From contig NZ_CAXBGY010000012.1 of NCBI RefSeq assembly GCF_963975515.1, forward strand, positions 12,467-76,466: 64,000 bases of DNA, in the 5' to 3' direction. This document shows, piece after piece, positions 41,501-48,462 of this stretch (position 1 is its first letter; the number at the start of each line of letters is the position of its first letter). This DNA comes from an uncultured Flavobacterium sp. GTDB taxonomy: Bacteria > Bacteroidota > Bacteroidia > Flavobacteriales > Flavobacteriaceae. Made by a program: the position numbers and the translations under genes. The notes beneath the pieces were generated by a model. It searched no databases. It saw only the letters and a list, made by a program, of their open reading frames with translations, and was not told the origin of the DNA.

Positions 41501-43569
41501 GTACTACAATGGCAATTATCACTGGTCCACAAACTAGTAATGTTTTTAGTCCATTAGGTGCTGGATCATATATTGTAAGTGTTAATAGTGTTGATTGTGA
41601 TCAAAACTCAAATACGGTTATTATTACACAACCTTTAAACCCACTTAACATTACTAATTTTACAGTAATACCTGCAACTTGTAATGGAACAGCAAATGGA
41701 AGTATAACATTTAACCCAACTGGAGGAACACCTCCTTATCAATATGCAATTACAAATCATTTAGATCAATTTTTTGATACAAATACTTTTATTGGTTTAG
41801 GTGTGGGTACATATTCAGTAGTTGTTCAAGATACTAACGGTTGTTTTGAAACAATCAATGTTCAAATGACAGAACCTGCTCCTTTAGTCGCGTCTTCTGT
41901 TAATACGTTTGAAGTATGTGAAGGAAGTAATAATGGAACTGCAACTTTAACCATAACTGGTGGAACTGCTCCTTATTATACAAGTTTAGATGATGATACA
42001 CCAACTAGTTTTGTACAAGGGCAATTAATTTTTAATAACTTAGATAGCACGGTTGATCATACTATATTTGTGCATGATGCTAATGACTGTCAGACAACAG
42101 TTTATATTCCTGTTGGAAATCCTATTACATTGACACCAACTGCTACTGTAACTTATGCTTGTACAACTACGACTACCTTACAAAACAATACAGTAACAGT
42201 TAATGTTGAAGCTTCTAATGTTGGTCAAGTTCAGTATTCATTAGATAATCAAACAAATTATCAAACAAACAATGTCTATACTAATTTAAATAATGGTACA
42301 CATACTATTTATGTAATGCATACAAATGGTTGTGTTAAAACAGTAACAGTAAACATTACAAACTGGAGTCCAGTTACTGAAACTCATACTCAAGTTAATG
42401 TATTATGTAATAGTGCAACAACTGGTAGTATAACAGTGAATGGAAATGGTGGAAACGGAACATATCAATATGCAATTTCTCCAGCATTTACTTACGGAAC
42501 GGCAAATACATTCAACAATTTAACTGTTGGAACATATACTGTAAAAGTAAAAGATGGTAATAACTGTGAAATTGAAACACAACTAATAACAATAACTCAA
42601 CCAACAGTATTAAATGCAATTGTATCTGATTTTGAACAAGATGTTTGTCAAGGAGATAATGCAGGATATATACAAGTAACTGCTAGTGGTGGAGTTGGTC
42701 CTTATATGGCAAGTTTTAATAACACAACTAATTATCAAGCAGTAAATGCTTCTAATATTGTAGACTATTTTGGTTTAGCTGGTGGAGCAACATATACTAT
42801 TTATATAAAAGATGTTAATGGTTGTGTCACTTCTGTTCAACAAACTTTAGATCCAGCAGTTGATTTAGATCCAAACGCTGTTGTAGTTTATGATTGTTTA
42901 GATAACCAATCAACAAATACTGTAACAATTTCAGTCGATGCAATCTATCAAAACGATGTTGTTTATTCGATTGATGGAGTTAATTTCCAATTAAGTAACA
43001 CGTTTACAAATGTTGCTGCTGGTAACTACACTGCATATGTTGAACATTCTAACGGTTGTTTTAACAGTAATGAAACTTTTACAGTTGATCAAATTGATGC
43101 GGTTAGTTTAATTGTAACTGAAACAGGATTAAATGAAATAACAGCAGTTGCTTCTGGTGGTGTTCCTCCTTATTCGTATGTGTTTAATGGAACAAACACA
43201 GGATCAAACAATGTATTTATCTTTAATCAAACAGGAAATCAATATGTATCTGCTTATGATGCAAATGGTTGTGAAGCTAATTTTACAATTCCAACAACAT
43301 TCTACCCTATAGAAATTCCAAACTTCTTTACACCTGATGGAAATGGATTTAACGATTATTGGTCACCTAAAAATGTAGATAACTATACTAATATTGAAAG
43401 TTTAATTTTCGATAGATACGGTAGAGAAATCATACGATTAAAATTAGGAGAATCTTGGAACGGAACTTATGACTCTATTGATTTACCATCTGGTGATTAC
43501 TGGTATTTGGTAAATGTAAATGACGGAACAGGAAGAACATTCACGGGTAACTTCACTCTTTATAGATAA
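29545..43569 (+). CDS. sprB: Giant gliding-motility surface adhesin (4674 aa), T9SS type B cargo
   Basis: Signal peptide, N-terminal domain, DUF11-like segment (GQEIFYTLTFQNTG), dozens of SprB repeats (C...G.I....GG..PY.Y) and type B CTD IPNFFTPDGNGFNDYW...FTGNFTLYR; followed by a PorP/SprF gene. Confidence 0.9.
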   Translation: MRKITLSQKFVAILILTLGTITSSAQIKNPFDVRFQTTVRGDLTMISNNIVNRSPNPNTAYNTTGGSSIYNDETNMQFIDIDGSTQTFNSSSANLTVPDATCSKIVHAGLYWSATYRYNIGNDPSSGRATDWNQVKFRVPGGAYVNVIADEVLYDGFADPIQTNVTHGPYGCFADVTALVSGLANPNGTYFVGNIRVSTNGNSSGSFSIQGGVAGGWTLVIVYENINLPGKKITTFDGYAVVASNAGNLDIPVSGFSTLPAPFPVRAKLGISTLEGDNRVIGDQLRIKANSIAGFTNLTNTPLPAAAVTNNYFNSSITLNGAFFNARNPNSLNTLGWDAHLNRVNNPGNSVIPNNETGVTLRAVSSGDKYDVFFTSFDVEIIEPQIPLLKQVEDISGNNVNGQTLTLGQEIFYTLTFQNTGNDNALNFTLTDILPTNAIFPANGTIQPGDLILPPGVTYVFNPTTNQFTFSIPNNLVEIGDPAYTIKIKVKLPLNCEDFRDACTNQIINQAYVSYNGELNTQVITDNPSFNGYDNCNYPTPGTTNFIANIDDCIFTRTEILCGNTLELTGADGYDTYLWQDSSGNTIGNTQTITVNATGTYTVFLSIPPPCVSIYETVNVVDFNNAISSNPAIPYANVVETCPNDGSQLPKIFLCGLNDSVLIQSGVNNAISIQWQQLVPGSCAPVGISNCANTNNSCTWNTVGTGPNFNVTTAGEYQVIFNYQNGCFRKFYFNVFQNTLNPDIVTSNIICTTPGSITINNIPSTYEFSLSPTGPFSSNNVIPITTAGNYTVYIQQTGVTGGCLFEFPNINILNQILDVDVIVTDKLCNDGFGSIRVQTNGVEPQYYFQISQGATIISTFGPSTDNDHLFSNLNPGTYTVTATTDDGCTYTEQVTIQDLSDLAVSAAVTQNISCVNGQVTLTPSGGLAPYNYAVYSYNGVPVVSGNYAYQTYEIFEYNITQIGTYQYIIVDSNNCTSLSNIVTVAAEPTVTITETHTNVTCNGLNNGTATISALPTNGYAITYSIDGGINYQNSNVFTGLAPGTYTIDIKYTKPTHECDYTINVTITQPTPITGQSQVTQQLTCVATGTIQAFNVTGGTAPYQYSINGITFQNGASFPNLSAGTYVITIRDFNNCTTTTTPITLVQPLAATDLTFTASSVTCPTLTSNVTATIVGGTAPFVVQITAPSTIAATSIAGNVATFNNLAVGSYTFNVTDANGCMYQENFTINPITFINVTGNLVSNVICFGASNGAVSYNVTGFNTTYSYTVNSGTAVTNQTSNTINLNSLAAGNYAITVTDNSTNCQSTVSVTVAQPSSPLALNATTNPITCIANGTINAAASGGWGSYSYTLTQPNAATVGPQSSGVFTNQTQTGTYTISVTDGNGCIVTSTATLSPTVNPTLTISPTSTLCYNATTGSTVILTAASGVAPYQYSSGGAFQSSNTFAGLTPGNYTFTVRDSYGCTATVTQTITPALLAQTTITKTLDCSASPNAVITVNVNGGTTPYQYQVNFNGGGFGALNPIVGSSFTYSTAIAGTYQFLITGATGCTYTTSIITINPITNPDITSITPTQQNLCNGDTNGAIQVNIDNTQGTSPFQYSINGGTTYQSSNIFTGLAAGTYTVIVRDSKLCTDTESITLVQPAILAGQSQVTQQLTCVATGTIQAFNVTGGTAPYQYSINGITFQNGASFPNLSAGTYVITIRDFNNCTTTTTPITLVQPLAATDLTFTASSVTCPTLTSNVTATIVGGTAPFVVQITAPSTIAATSIAGNVATFNNLAVGSYTFNVTDANGCMYQENFTINPITFINVTGNLVSNVICFGASNGAVSYNVTGFNTTYSYTVNSGTAVTNQTSNTINLNSLAAGNYAITVTDNSTNCQSTVSVTVAQPSSPLALNATTNPITCIANGTINAAASGGWGSYSYTLTQPNAATVGPQSSGVFTNQTQTGTYTISVTDGNGCIVTSTATLSPTVNPTLTISPTSTLCYNATTGSTVILTAASGVAPYQYSSGGAFQSSNTFAGLTPGNYTFTVRDSYGCTATVTQTITPALLAQTTITKTLDCSASPNAVITVNVNGGTTPYQYQVNFNGGGFGALNPIVGSSFTYSTAIAGTYQFLITGATGCTYTTSIITINPITNPDITSITPTQQNLCNGDTNGAIQVNIDNTQGTSPFQYSINGGTTYQSSNIFTGLAAGTYTVIVRDSKLCTDTESITLVQPDAITFDISITEITCNNPGGTSYGEVIFENITGGTQPYTYYLSSNFGYADSYSTTTNEDHTFVILNFGIYTAEVIDSNGCSIVKSNIIIASPPDDLDIDISTATADCISGGTAIITVSSLVSSGSYEFGILETNTLPYTTSWQLADAGTPETSTFTGLTPGVTYTFVVHDLITLCYYFETANGPIPTPSNLTTVIDVVQNVTCTGSGNGNISFTFDNYNALTTSVDYEIFNAQSNLTTGLIGNSLTPGGPINVLNFGILPPGTYYILLTENGTGSANGCTSATPNFTITQSTNQLIGTATLVKNDNCNLNAGIVTATGQFGTAPYQYQIVLSTDPAPTVGTWTGTPTNTFNVENGSYIVYVKDANNCIAASNIVVVGLDPSPEITLAIDDACANEGSFVINGIRTVDGIAPYTITVDGNTPYTENAANFTISNLLSGSHTVTITDANGCTYSQTILIDQIINGNAIVTVQPSCANNDGEIQATATNGSTNYSFELQTTAGVNVAGPNTTGLFTGLGFGNYNVIISDATLGCDITIPLSLEQPAPVSFTTTHENVSCNGATDGSISIALDATNIDTPYTYSLFDGTTTVTQNSPIFTGLAAGNYTVTVTSSKNCTDSQIINVTQPNPLALALTGGDFACNSNNTVSVVTVTANVALGTGTAPYLYSIDGTNYQTTNTFDIVDNGTIQNITITVQDFNGCTINESITINPLPTITNVAVTQNTALTCANNEEVLITVTGGSGNYTYQLLPNGAIVGPTSSNTATFSLTTAGTYTFEIIDTVTGCSTITVPYTINPLPVLTVVADNTNAVNCYGETNGSFDITVSGYSGNYNYNIYDETNTIVASGSNNTTTNPLTLTLTSLGAGNYSVQIIATQTPFCETISNVITIGSPVGPLGVNVTATNDNCNLNAGIVTATGQFGTAPYQYQIVLSTDPAPTVGTWTGTPTNTFNVENGSYIVYVKDANNCIAASNIVVVGLDPSPEITLAIDDACANEGSFVINGIRTVDGIAPYTITVDGNTPYTENAANFTISNLLSGSHTVTITDANGCTYSQTILIDQIINGNAIVTVQPSCANNDGEIQATATNGSTNYSFELQTTAGVNVAGPNTTGLFTGLGFGNYNVIISDATLGCDITIPLSLEQPAPVSFTTTHENVSCNGATDGSISIALDATNIDTPYTYSLFDGTTTVTQNSPIFTGLAAGNYTVTVTSSKNCTDSQIINVTQPNPLALALTGGDFACNSNNTVSVVTVTANVALGTGTAPYLYSIDGTNYQTTNTFDIVDNGTIQNITITVQDFNGCTINESITINPLPTITNVAVTQNTALTCANNEEVLITVTGGSGNYTYQLLPNGAIVGPTSSNTATFSLTTAGTYTFEIIDTVTGCSTITVPYTINPLPVLTVVADNTNAVNCYGETNGSFDITVSGYSGNYNYNIYDETNTIVASGSNNTTTNPLTLTGLGAGNYSVQIIATQTPFCETISNVINIYSPPNPLTLVVQQTSDVTCNIPGLGTITAQANGGNGTYEYQLVNTTTSTTIQAFGANNTFTGLDAGTYEVTVRDINLCEVSQTIILIAPTAINATYVVTNANLLCYNNTNASVTITATGGQGSYQYTLTESDGDIYGPQIENVFSGLGAGTYTISINDGWNCDFTALPFTITQPTKIEATLSVQSTLTCDNDAELIINASGGTPPYMYSADGITFNSTNTFFVGPGTYQYYVTDANGCTATQTNEVTISPIPSLTVTINASNTAIQCNGDMNASITVNATGGLGNYNYTLLNSTTMAIITGPQTSNVFSPLGAGSYIVSVNSVDCDQNSNTVIITQPLNPLNITNFTVIPATCNGTANGSITFNPTGGTPPYQYAITNHLDQFFDTNTFIGLGVGTYSVVVQDTNGCFETINVQMTEPAPLVASSVNTFEVCEGSNNGTATLTITGGTAPYYTSLDDDTPTSFVQGQLIFNNLDSTVDHTIFVHDANDCQTTVYIPVGNPITLTPTATVTYACTTTTTLQNNTVTVNVEASNVGQVQYSLDNQTNYQTNNVYTNLNNGTHTIYVMHTNGCVKTVTVNITNWSPVTETHTQVNVLCNSATTGSITVNGNGGNGTYQYAISPAFTYGTANTFNNLTVGTYTVKVKDGNNCEIETQLITITQPTVLNAIVSDFEQDVCQGDNAGYIQVTASGGVGPYMASFNNTTNYQAVNASNIVDYFGLAGGATYTIYIKDVNGCVTSVQQTLDPAVDLDPNAVVVYDCLDNQSTNTVTISVDAIYQNDVVYSIDGVNFQLSNTFTNVAAGNYTAYVEHSNGCFNSNETFTVDQIDAVSLIVTETGLNEITAVASGGVPPYSYVFNGTNTGSNNVFIFNQTGNQYVSAYDANGCEANFTIPTTFYPIEIPNFFTPDGNGFNDYWSPKNVDNYTNIESLIFDRYGREIIRLKLGESWNGTYDSIDLPSGDYWYLVNVNDGTGRTFTGNFTLYR
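32764..36190. repeat. Tandem duplication A inside sprB: 32764-34471 and 34483-36190
   Basis: Two 1708-nt copies, offset 1719 nt (573 codons); no mismatch found in a line-by-line comparison. Confidence 0.97.
37095..40538. repeat. Tandem duplication B inside sprB: 37095-38750 and 38883-40538
   Basis: Two 1656-nt copies, offset 1788 nt (596 codons), no mismatch found; an extra identical 50-nt patch at 38785-38834 and 40567-40616. Confidence 0.97.
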
Positions 43570-43575
43570 TATAAA

Positions 43576-44529
43576 ATGAAAAATATTTTTAAAATTTTAG
43601 TTAGTTTAATCATGGTTAACTCTTTTGCACAAGAGTTAACCATACCAACTTACACACAATATTTAGGAGATAATCCTTATGTTATTTCTCCTGCTTATGC
43701 CGGAATTGGAGATAATATCAAAATTAGGGTAAACGGTTTAACACAATGGGTTGGATTAAAAGATGCTCCAGATAATCAATCATTGGCTGTTGATGGTCGT
43801 TTAGGTCAACGTTCTGGAATTGGTGCTTTTATTTACAATGACAAAAACGGAAACACTTTTCAAAAAGGTGGAAAAATATCCTTTGCACATCACTTAATTC
43901 TTGATTATTATGAAAACAGATACATATCATTTGGTATGTCTTTTATAATGAATCAGTTTTATATTGATAGAACGCAATTTGATCCTTCTTACGATCCTAT
44001 TGTAACAAACAATAGAGATTTAAACAATTATAATATTGATGTAGGATTTTTATACAGACAACAAGGTTTTTATTTAGCGGCAAATGTTTCTAATTTATTA
44101 AACAAAAACACCGATAAGTTCTTAATAAAGGAACCAAATATATTACGTAATTTTTCTGCTTACACGGGTTATAAAATAAAGTCAAGCAATAATAGTGATG
44201 TAGAATATGAACCATCAATCTTTTATCAATATTATCAAAGTGATAAACGTTCGAGTACAGATGTGAATGTAAAGGTTCGTTTTATGGATTATGAAGATTA
44301 TTATTGGGTAGGAATTTCGTATCGTTTCTTAAATGATCAATTATTTCAACCTTTAAATATTGGTCCAATGGCTGGATTAAAAAAGAATAATTTTTACTTT
44401 GCTTATTCGTACCAATATACAACAAATGCACTTTCTGCTTTTAATTCTGGAACACATATGGTAACTTTGGGCTATGATATTTTCCAAGGATTAAGTAATT
44501 GTCCTTGTACAAGTAATGAAATAGACTAA
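43576..44529 (+). CDS. sprF: PorP/SprF-family T9SS membrane protein
   Basis: YLGDNPYVISPAYAG, QWVGLKDAP, EPSIFYQ, YWVGISYR and SGTHMVTLGY; directly after sprB. Confidence 0.88.
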   Translation: MKNIFKILVSLIMVNSFAQELTIPTYTQYLGDNPYVISPAYAGIGDNIKIRVNGLTQWVGLKDAPDNQSLAVDGRLGQRSGIGAFIYNDKNGNTFQKGGKISFAHHLILDYYENRYISFGMSFIMNQFYIDRTQFDPSYDPIVTNNRDLNNYNIDVGFLYRQQGFYLAANVSNLLNKNTDKFLIKEPNILRNFSAYTGYKIKSSNNSDVEYEPSIFYQYYQSDKRSSTDVNVKVRFMDYEDYYWVGISYRFLNDQLFQPLNIGPMAGLKKNNFYFAYSYQYTTNALSAFNSGTHMVTLGYDIFQGLSNCPCTSNEID

Positions 44530-44530
44530 A

Positions 44531-44890
44531 ATGGGAACCATTAAATTAAAAAACATCCGAACATTTTCTTTTCACGGATGCCTAGAAGAAGAAGGAAAAA
44601 TAGGGAGTGACTACGTAGTAGATTTAGAAGTTAAATCAGACCTCAGAAAATCAGCTTTAAGCGACGATTTAGAAGATACTGTGGATTATGTTCATTTAAA
44701 CAAAATAGTTGTTGAGGAAATGGCTATACGTTCTAAATTGCTCGAACATGTAGCTCATAGAGTTATTGTTAGAACATTTAAAGAAGTTCCTTCTATATCA
44801 CGTATCAAAATTGCTGTTTCAAAAATAAATCCTCCAATTGGTGGTGATGTGGCTAAAGTAACTATTGAAATGGAAGAATTTAGAAATTAA
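44531..44890 (+). CDS. folB: Dihydroneopterin aldolase
   Basis: FHGCLEEEGKIG, DTVDYV, LLEHVA and SKINPPIGG. Confidence 0.95.
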   Translation: MGTIKLKNIRTFSFHGCLEEEGKIGSDYVVDLEVKSDLRKSALSDDLEDTVDYVHLNKIVVEEMAIRSKLLEHVAHRVIVRTFKEVPSISRIKIAVSKINPPIGGDVAKVTIEMEEFRN

Positions 44891-46809
44891 TCTTTCATTT
44901 TATATTTTCTTTTTTCATACAAATTACTTGAAGCTACAATGTGTGCTAATGCATCTTTTGCAAACTCTTTATCCAATTCAACTGGTGTGAAAATGGAATC
45001 TTTTTCCACTTTAAATTGCAATGGTGCTGCATTTGGATTAATAATAATTACGTCATTATCAACCTTAAAAGCATACGTTTCATTAAACATCATTATTGTT
45101 CTACCCTTTGTATTTGCAGGAAGTGTCATAAGATTTCTTCCAGGCATTGGTGATTTAGATGTGATTCCAGATAAAGCTAAAACCGTTGAAGGAATGTCAA
45201 TTTGACTTGCCATTTTATCATAAGTTGTTCCATTTTTAACATTTGGAGCAATGATTAGTCCAGGTATTTTAAACTTATGAATTGGTACTAAAGCTTTTCC
45301 AAAAGTTCTAGTATTATGATCAGCAATTACAACGAAAATTGTATTTTTAAAATAAGCTTCTTTTTTAGCTAATTCAAAGAATTTTCCAATTGAATAATCA
45401 GCATACTTCATAGCGTTGTTTACAGTATTTTTCTCTTTATCATATAATTTAATTCTTCCATCAGGAAATTCATAAGGTTTATGATTTGATGTTGAAAACA
45501 TTAACGAAAAGAAAGGTTTGTCACCTAAAGAAGTAAAATATTCATTTGCTTTTACGGCTAAATCTTCGTCTGAATAACCCCAAACTCCTTTAAATGCGTA
45601 TTTATTTCCATCGTTATCTAAATCTGTTTCATCAATAATATTATTAAAACCATTTCCATTAAAGAAAGAAGCCATATTATCAAAGTTTGATAAACCACCA
45701 TAAATGAAGCTTGTATCATACTTATGTTTTCCAAAAGCTTCAGCTAAACTATAAAAACCTTGTTGTGAATTACTTAATTTAACAACACTTTCAGCAGGAT
45801 TAGGTAAAAAACCAGTTACAACTGATTCAATTCCTCTAATGCTTCTGGTTCCTGAACTATATAATTTTGTAAACAAAAGTCCTTCTTTAGTTAACTTATC
45901 AAATTCTGGTGTTAAAGGCAAACCACCTAAAGAGCCAACGAATTCTGCTCCTAAACTTTCTTGTAAAAAGATAACAACATTATATTTTGGTGCAATAGAA
46001 TCAGGTTTTTGAATGTGTAAAAAAGGTATTTCATCATCAATAAATTCGGTTACATCCATGTATTTTTTTACTCTGTTGTAAGCTTCAAATTCATCCATTT
46101 TACCATATTTGTCTGTATTTCCTTCATTTTTTAAAGAATAAGCAGCAAAAGCAACGGTATAAAGTGAATTTAAACCCAATGAGTTTGTCATTTGATCCGT
46201 TGAAAATATAGCATTACTAGCGTTTATTGGACGAAGAGTCGTTAAACTAGAACGTGCTCCAAAAAACAAAAAGAAAGCTAAAACAGGAAATAAGATAAGT
46301 TTTATTTTATAAGAAGTTGCAACAGTATAAAACAATTTCTTTCCAAATTTAAAAGCAAAAAATAAAGCAACAATTACTAAAATAACAGTTACTATCATTG
46401 ATGGTAAGTAACTTTTAACTAACGTTCCTAAGACTTCTTTTGGGTATATTAAGTAATCTAAAAATAAACGATTTGGTCTAGTATCATATTCATGAATGAA
46501 ATTTAAGGTTGATAATTCCATAAAAAAGAACAGAAATAAAAACAGAATAAAATATATATTCAAGAATTTATTAAAATATTTTAGAATTGAATCTGGTAAA
46601 AGACTTATTAAAGCAGCTGGTAAAACCGATAAATAACACAACATAATTAAATCAAAACGAAGTCCTATGGTAAAGATTCTCCAGTAATCTTCAATTAAAG
46701 TCACTCTATCTTTAAACACAAAAAATAAAATTAACCTGCTTAAAGTTGTTATAATCAATCCAATAAGAAAGAAATTAAAAAGAGGTTTTAGGTAGCTAAG
46801 TTTTTTCAT
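44887..46809 (-). CDS. LTA synthase-family (sulfatase fold) membrane protein
   Basis: Five N-terminal TM segments; NVVIFLQESLG, SGTRSIRG, STSNHKPY, YADYSIG and ADH motifs. Confidence 0.88.
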   Translation of the reverse strand: MKKLSYLKPLFNFFLIGLIITTLSRLILFFVFKDRVTLIEDYWRIFTIGLRFDLIMLCYLSVLPAALISLLPDSILKYFNKFLNIYFILFLFLFFFMELSTLNFIHEYDTRPNRLFLDYLIYPKEVLGTLVKSYLPSMIVTVILVIVALFFAFKFGKKLFYTVATSYKIKLILFPVLAFFLFFGARSSLTTLRPINASNAIFSTDQMTNSLGLNSLYTVAFAAYSLKNEGNTDKYGKMDEFEAYNRVKKYMDVTEFIDDEIPFLHIQKPDSIAPKYNVVIFLQESLGAEFVGSLGGLPLTPEFDKLTKEGLLFTKLYSSGTRSIRGIESVVTGFLPNPAESVVKLSNSQQGFYSLAEAFGKHKYDTSFIYGGLSNFDNMASFFNGNGFNNIIDETDLDNDGNKYAFKGVWGYSDEDLAVKANEYFTSLGDKPFFSLMFSTSNHKPYEFPDGRIKLYDKEKNTVNNAMKYADYSIGKFFELAKKEAYFKNTIFVVIADHNTRTFGKALVPIHKFKIPGLIIAPNVKNGTTYDKMASQIDIPSTVLALSGITSKSPMPGRNLMTLPANTKGRTIMMFNETYAFKVDNDVIIINPNAAPLQFKVEKDSIFTPVELDKEFAKDALAHIVASSNLYEKRKYKMKD

Positions 46810-46897
46810 TTTTGTTCTAATTCAATAAATTAAGCCACAAAAGTAATAGAAATTATATCATTACTATTTTTTAAAAATTAAAATTTACTAAATTTTC

Positions 46898-46927
46898 TTG
46901 TGTTAGTCCAAAATATATGTAAATTTG
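46898..46927 (+). promoter_or_regulatory. Bacteroidota promoter for tRNA-Cys
   Basis: TTG (46898-46900), 19-nt spacer, TAAATTTG (46920-46927). Confidence 0.8.
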
Positions 46928-46939
46928 CATTTCTAATTT

Positions 46940-47010
46940 GGCGTTGTGGCCGAGCGGCTAGGCACCGGTCTGCAAAACCGTTTACCCCGGTTCGAATCCG
47001 GGCGATGCCT
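46940..47010 (+). tRNA. tRNA-Cys (GCA)
   Basis: Cloverleaf: GGCGTTG/CGATGCC acceptor stem, anticodon loop CTGCAAA, T-arm CCCGG-TTCGAAT-CCGGG; CCA not encoded. Confidence 0.97.
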
Positions 47011-47012
47011 CT

Positions 47013-47043
47013 AAAACCTTCAAGGAAACTTGGAGGTTTTTTT
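47013..47043. terminator. Bidirectional terminator between tRNA-Cys and the LysE-like gene
   Basis: AAAACCTTCAAG-GAAA-CTTGGAGGTTTT followed by TTT. Confidence 0.8.
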
Positions 47044-47063
47044 ATTTATAAATTAAATAGAAT

Positions 47064-47750
47064 TTACCCTTTTAATTTTTCAATTTTATCTTGTAGTTTT
47101 TCTTTCTCTTTTGGAAAGAAGCCTTGTAGCATAAAAAAGACTCCGAAAATTATAATTACTATACTGATAACACGTTTTATCTTGTAAATATTTTGTGGTG
47201 TAAGTTTGTTTTTCAATTGTTTTGCTAAGATAATTTTTGCTACATCAAACAATAAATAGAAAAATAAAATAGCAGCAAAAAACCATGAAATTCGTTCGGT
47301 TTGCATTTCCATTTGTGGTCCGTAAGTAATGATGATCATTAACCAAAAACCTAGAACTCCAATATTAATAAAATTCAATAAAAAGCCTTTAAAGAATAAG
47401 GCAAAATAATTATTTTTAGGAATGTTATCATTGTCAACTTCCTGATCTTTTTGTTTGATGAATTTCTTTTTTAATAATATATAAGAAATCAAACCATAAG
47501 TAACCATAATTAATCCACCAACAATAAACAATGTTGGGTTATCTTTTAATTGTTCTAAAAGTTGATTAGTACTTAAGTAAGCAATAAGTATAAAAATAAT
47601 ATCGCCAAAAACGATTCCTAAATCTAAAGTAAAAGCGGCTCTAAAACCTTTTGTAATAGAAGTTTCTAACAAAACAAAAAAACCTGGACCAATTGAAAAC
47701 GCCAATAAAAGTCCCCAAGGAATTGCAGTAAGTATATCTTGTAAATGCAA
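47064..47750 (-). CDS. LysE-family translocator
   Basis: TTG start; AFSIGPGFFVLLETSITKGFRAA and FFKGFLLNFIN; six TM segments. Confidence 0.9.
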   Translation of the reverse strand: MHLQDILTAIPWGLLLAFSIGPGFFVLLETSITKGFRAAFTLDLGIVFGDIIFILIAYLSTNQLLEQLKDNPTLFIVGGLIMVTYGLISYILLKKKFIKQKDQEVDNDNIPKNNYFALFFKGFLLNFINIGVLGFWLMIIITYGPQMEMQTERISWFFAAILFFYLLFDVAKIILAKQLKNKLTPQNIYKIKRVISIVIIIFGVFFMLQGFFPKEKEKLQDKIEKLKG

Positions 47751-47753
47751 GTT

Positions 47754-48460
47754 TTAGTGATTAGTGATTAGTAAATAGTGATTAGATACTAACGATAATA
47801 ATTACGAAGTTACTAAAAATGAAATAAAATCATTTAGTTATTCTAAAAAACTATTTTCTTATACATTCCATAAAAAAGTTTCCACAAACCATTAAACTTC
47901 TTCCTTCTTCTGTTTTTTTACCTAATTCTGTAAAATATAGTTTATCATTTTTTAAATAAATGCGCCAAATAGTTTTATTATCAAATGTAAATTCTTCATA
48001 ATTATAATTTAAAAAATCATCTAATGATAATTCTAACTTTGAATTTTTTAAATATTCATTTAAAGAAGAATCTTTATCATAGAATTTAAAAAAAATTAAA
48101 GAATCTTTAATATTAATTAAACCTAATTTATCATTAGAAGTACCCCAATTAGAACCTGAAGAATTTATTTCCCAATTACCTGAAATATCGTTTAATAGTT
48201 GTAATTTTATTACTCTGTTTAAAGAATCTAATTTTTTATAAGCTAAACTACCTAAATCATTAGTTTTATTTTCCAAATAAGCATTCTTAAAAGAACTAAA
48301 AGCATTTATATTGTCTTTAAAATTTAAACAAAGATTAGCATGATTAATCCAATTAATTTGAATTGAATCATTTTTAATATCTTGACTAAAAGTAGAAATT
48401 GTAAAGAATAATATTAAAACTAAATACTTCATTTATAAAAAAACTAATTACTAATCACTT
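47754..48460. repeat. Inverted 7-mer arrays (47754-47788 and 48443-48460) bracketing an orphan ORF
   Basis: TTAGTGA-type units; 47763-47779 matches the reverse complement of 48443-48459 at 16/17 nt. Confidence 0.65.
47851..48432 (-). CDS. Hypothetical secreted protein
   Basis: 193 aa with a signal peptide; very AT-rich; ISGNWEI may start a lipocalin-like beta domain. Confidence 0.65.
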   Translation of the reverse strand: MKYLVLILFFTISTFSQDIKNDSIQINWINHANLCLNFKDNINAFSSFKNAYLENKTNDLGSLAYKKLDSLNRVIKLQLLNDISGNWEINSSGSNWGTSNDKLGLINIKDSLIFFKFYDKDSSLNEYLKNSKLELSLDDFLNYNYEEFTFDNKTIWRIYLKNDKLYFTELGKKTEEGRSLMVCGNFFMECIRK

Positions 48461-48462
48461 CT

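Noticed and set aside
46900-47187. 95-aa ORF on the plus strand
   Set aside because: It is a translation of the tRNA-Cys gene, its promoter and terminator, and the antisense end of the LysE-like gene
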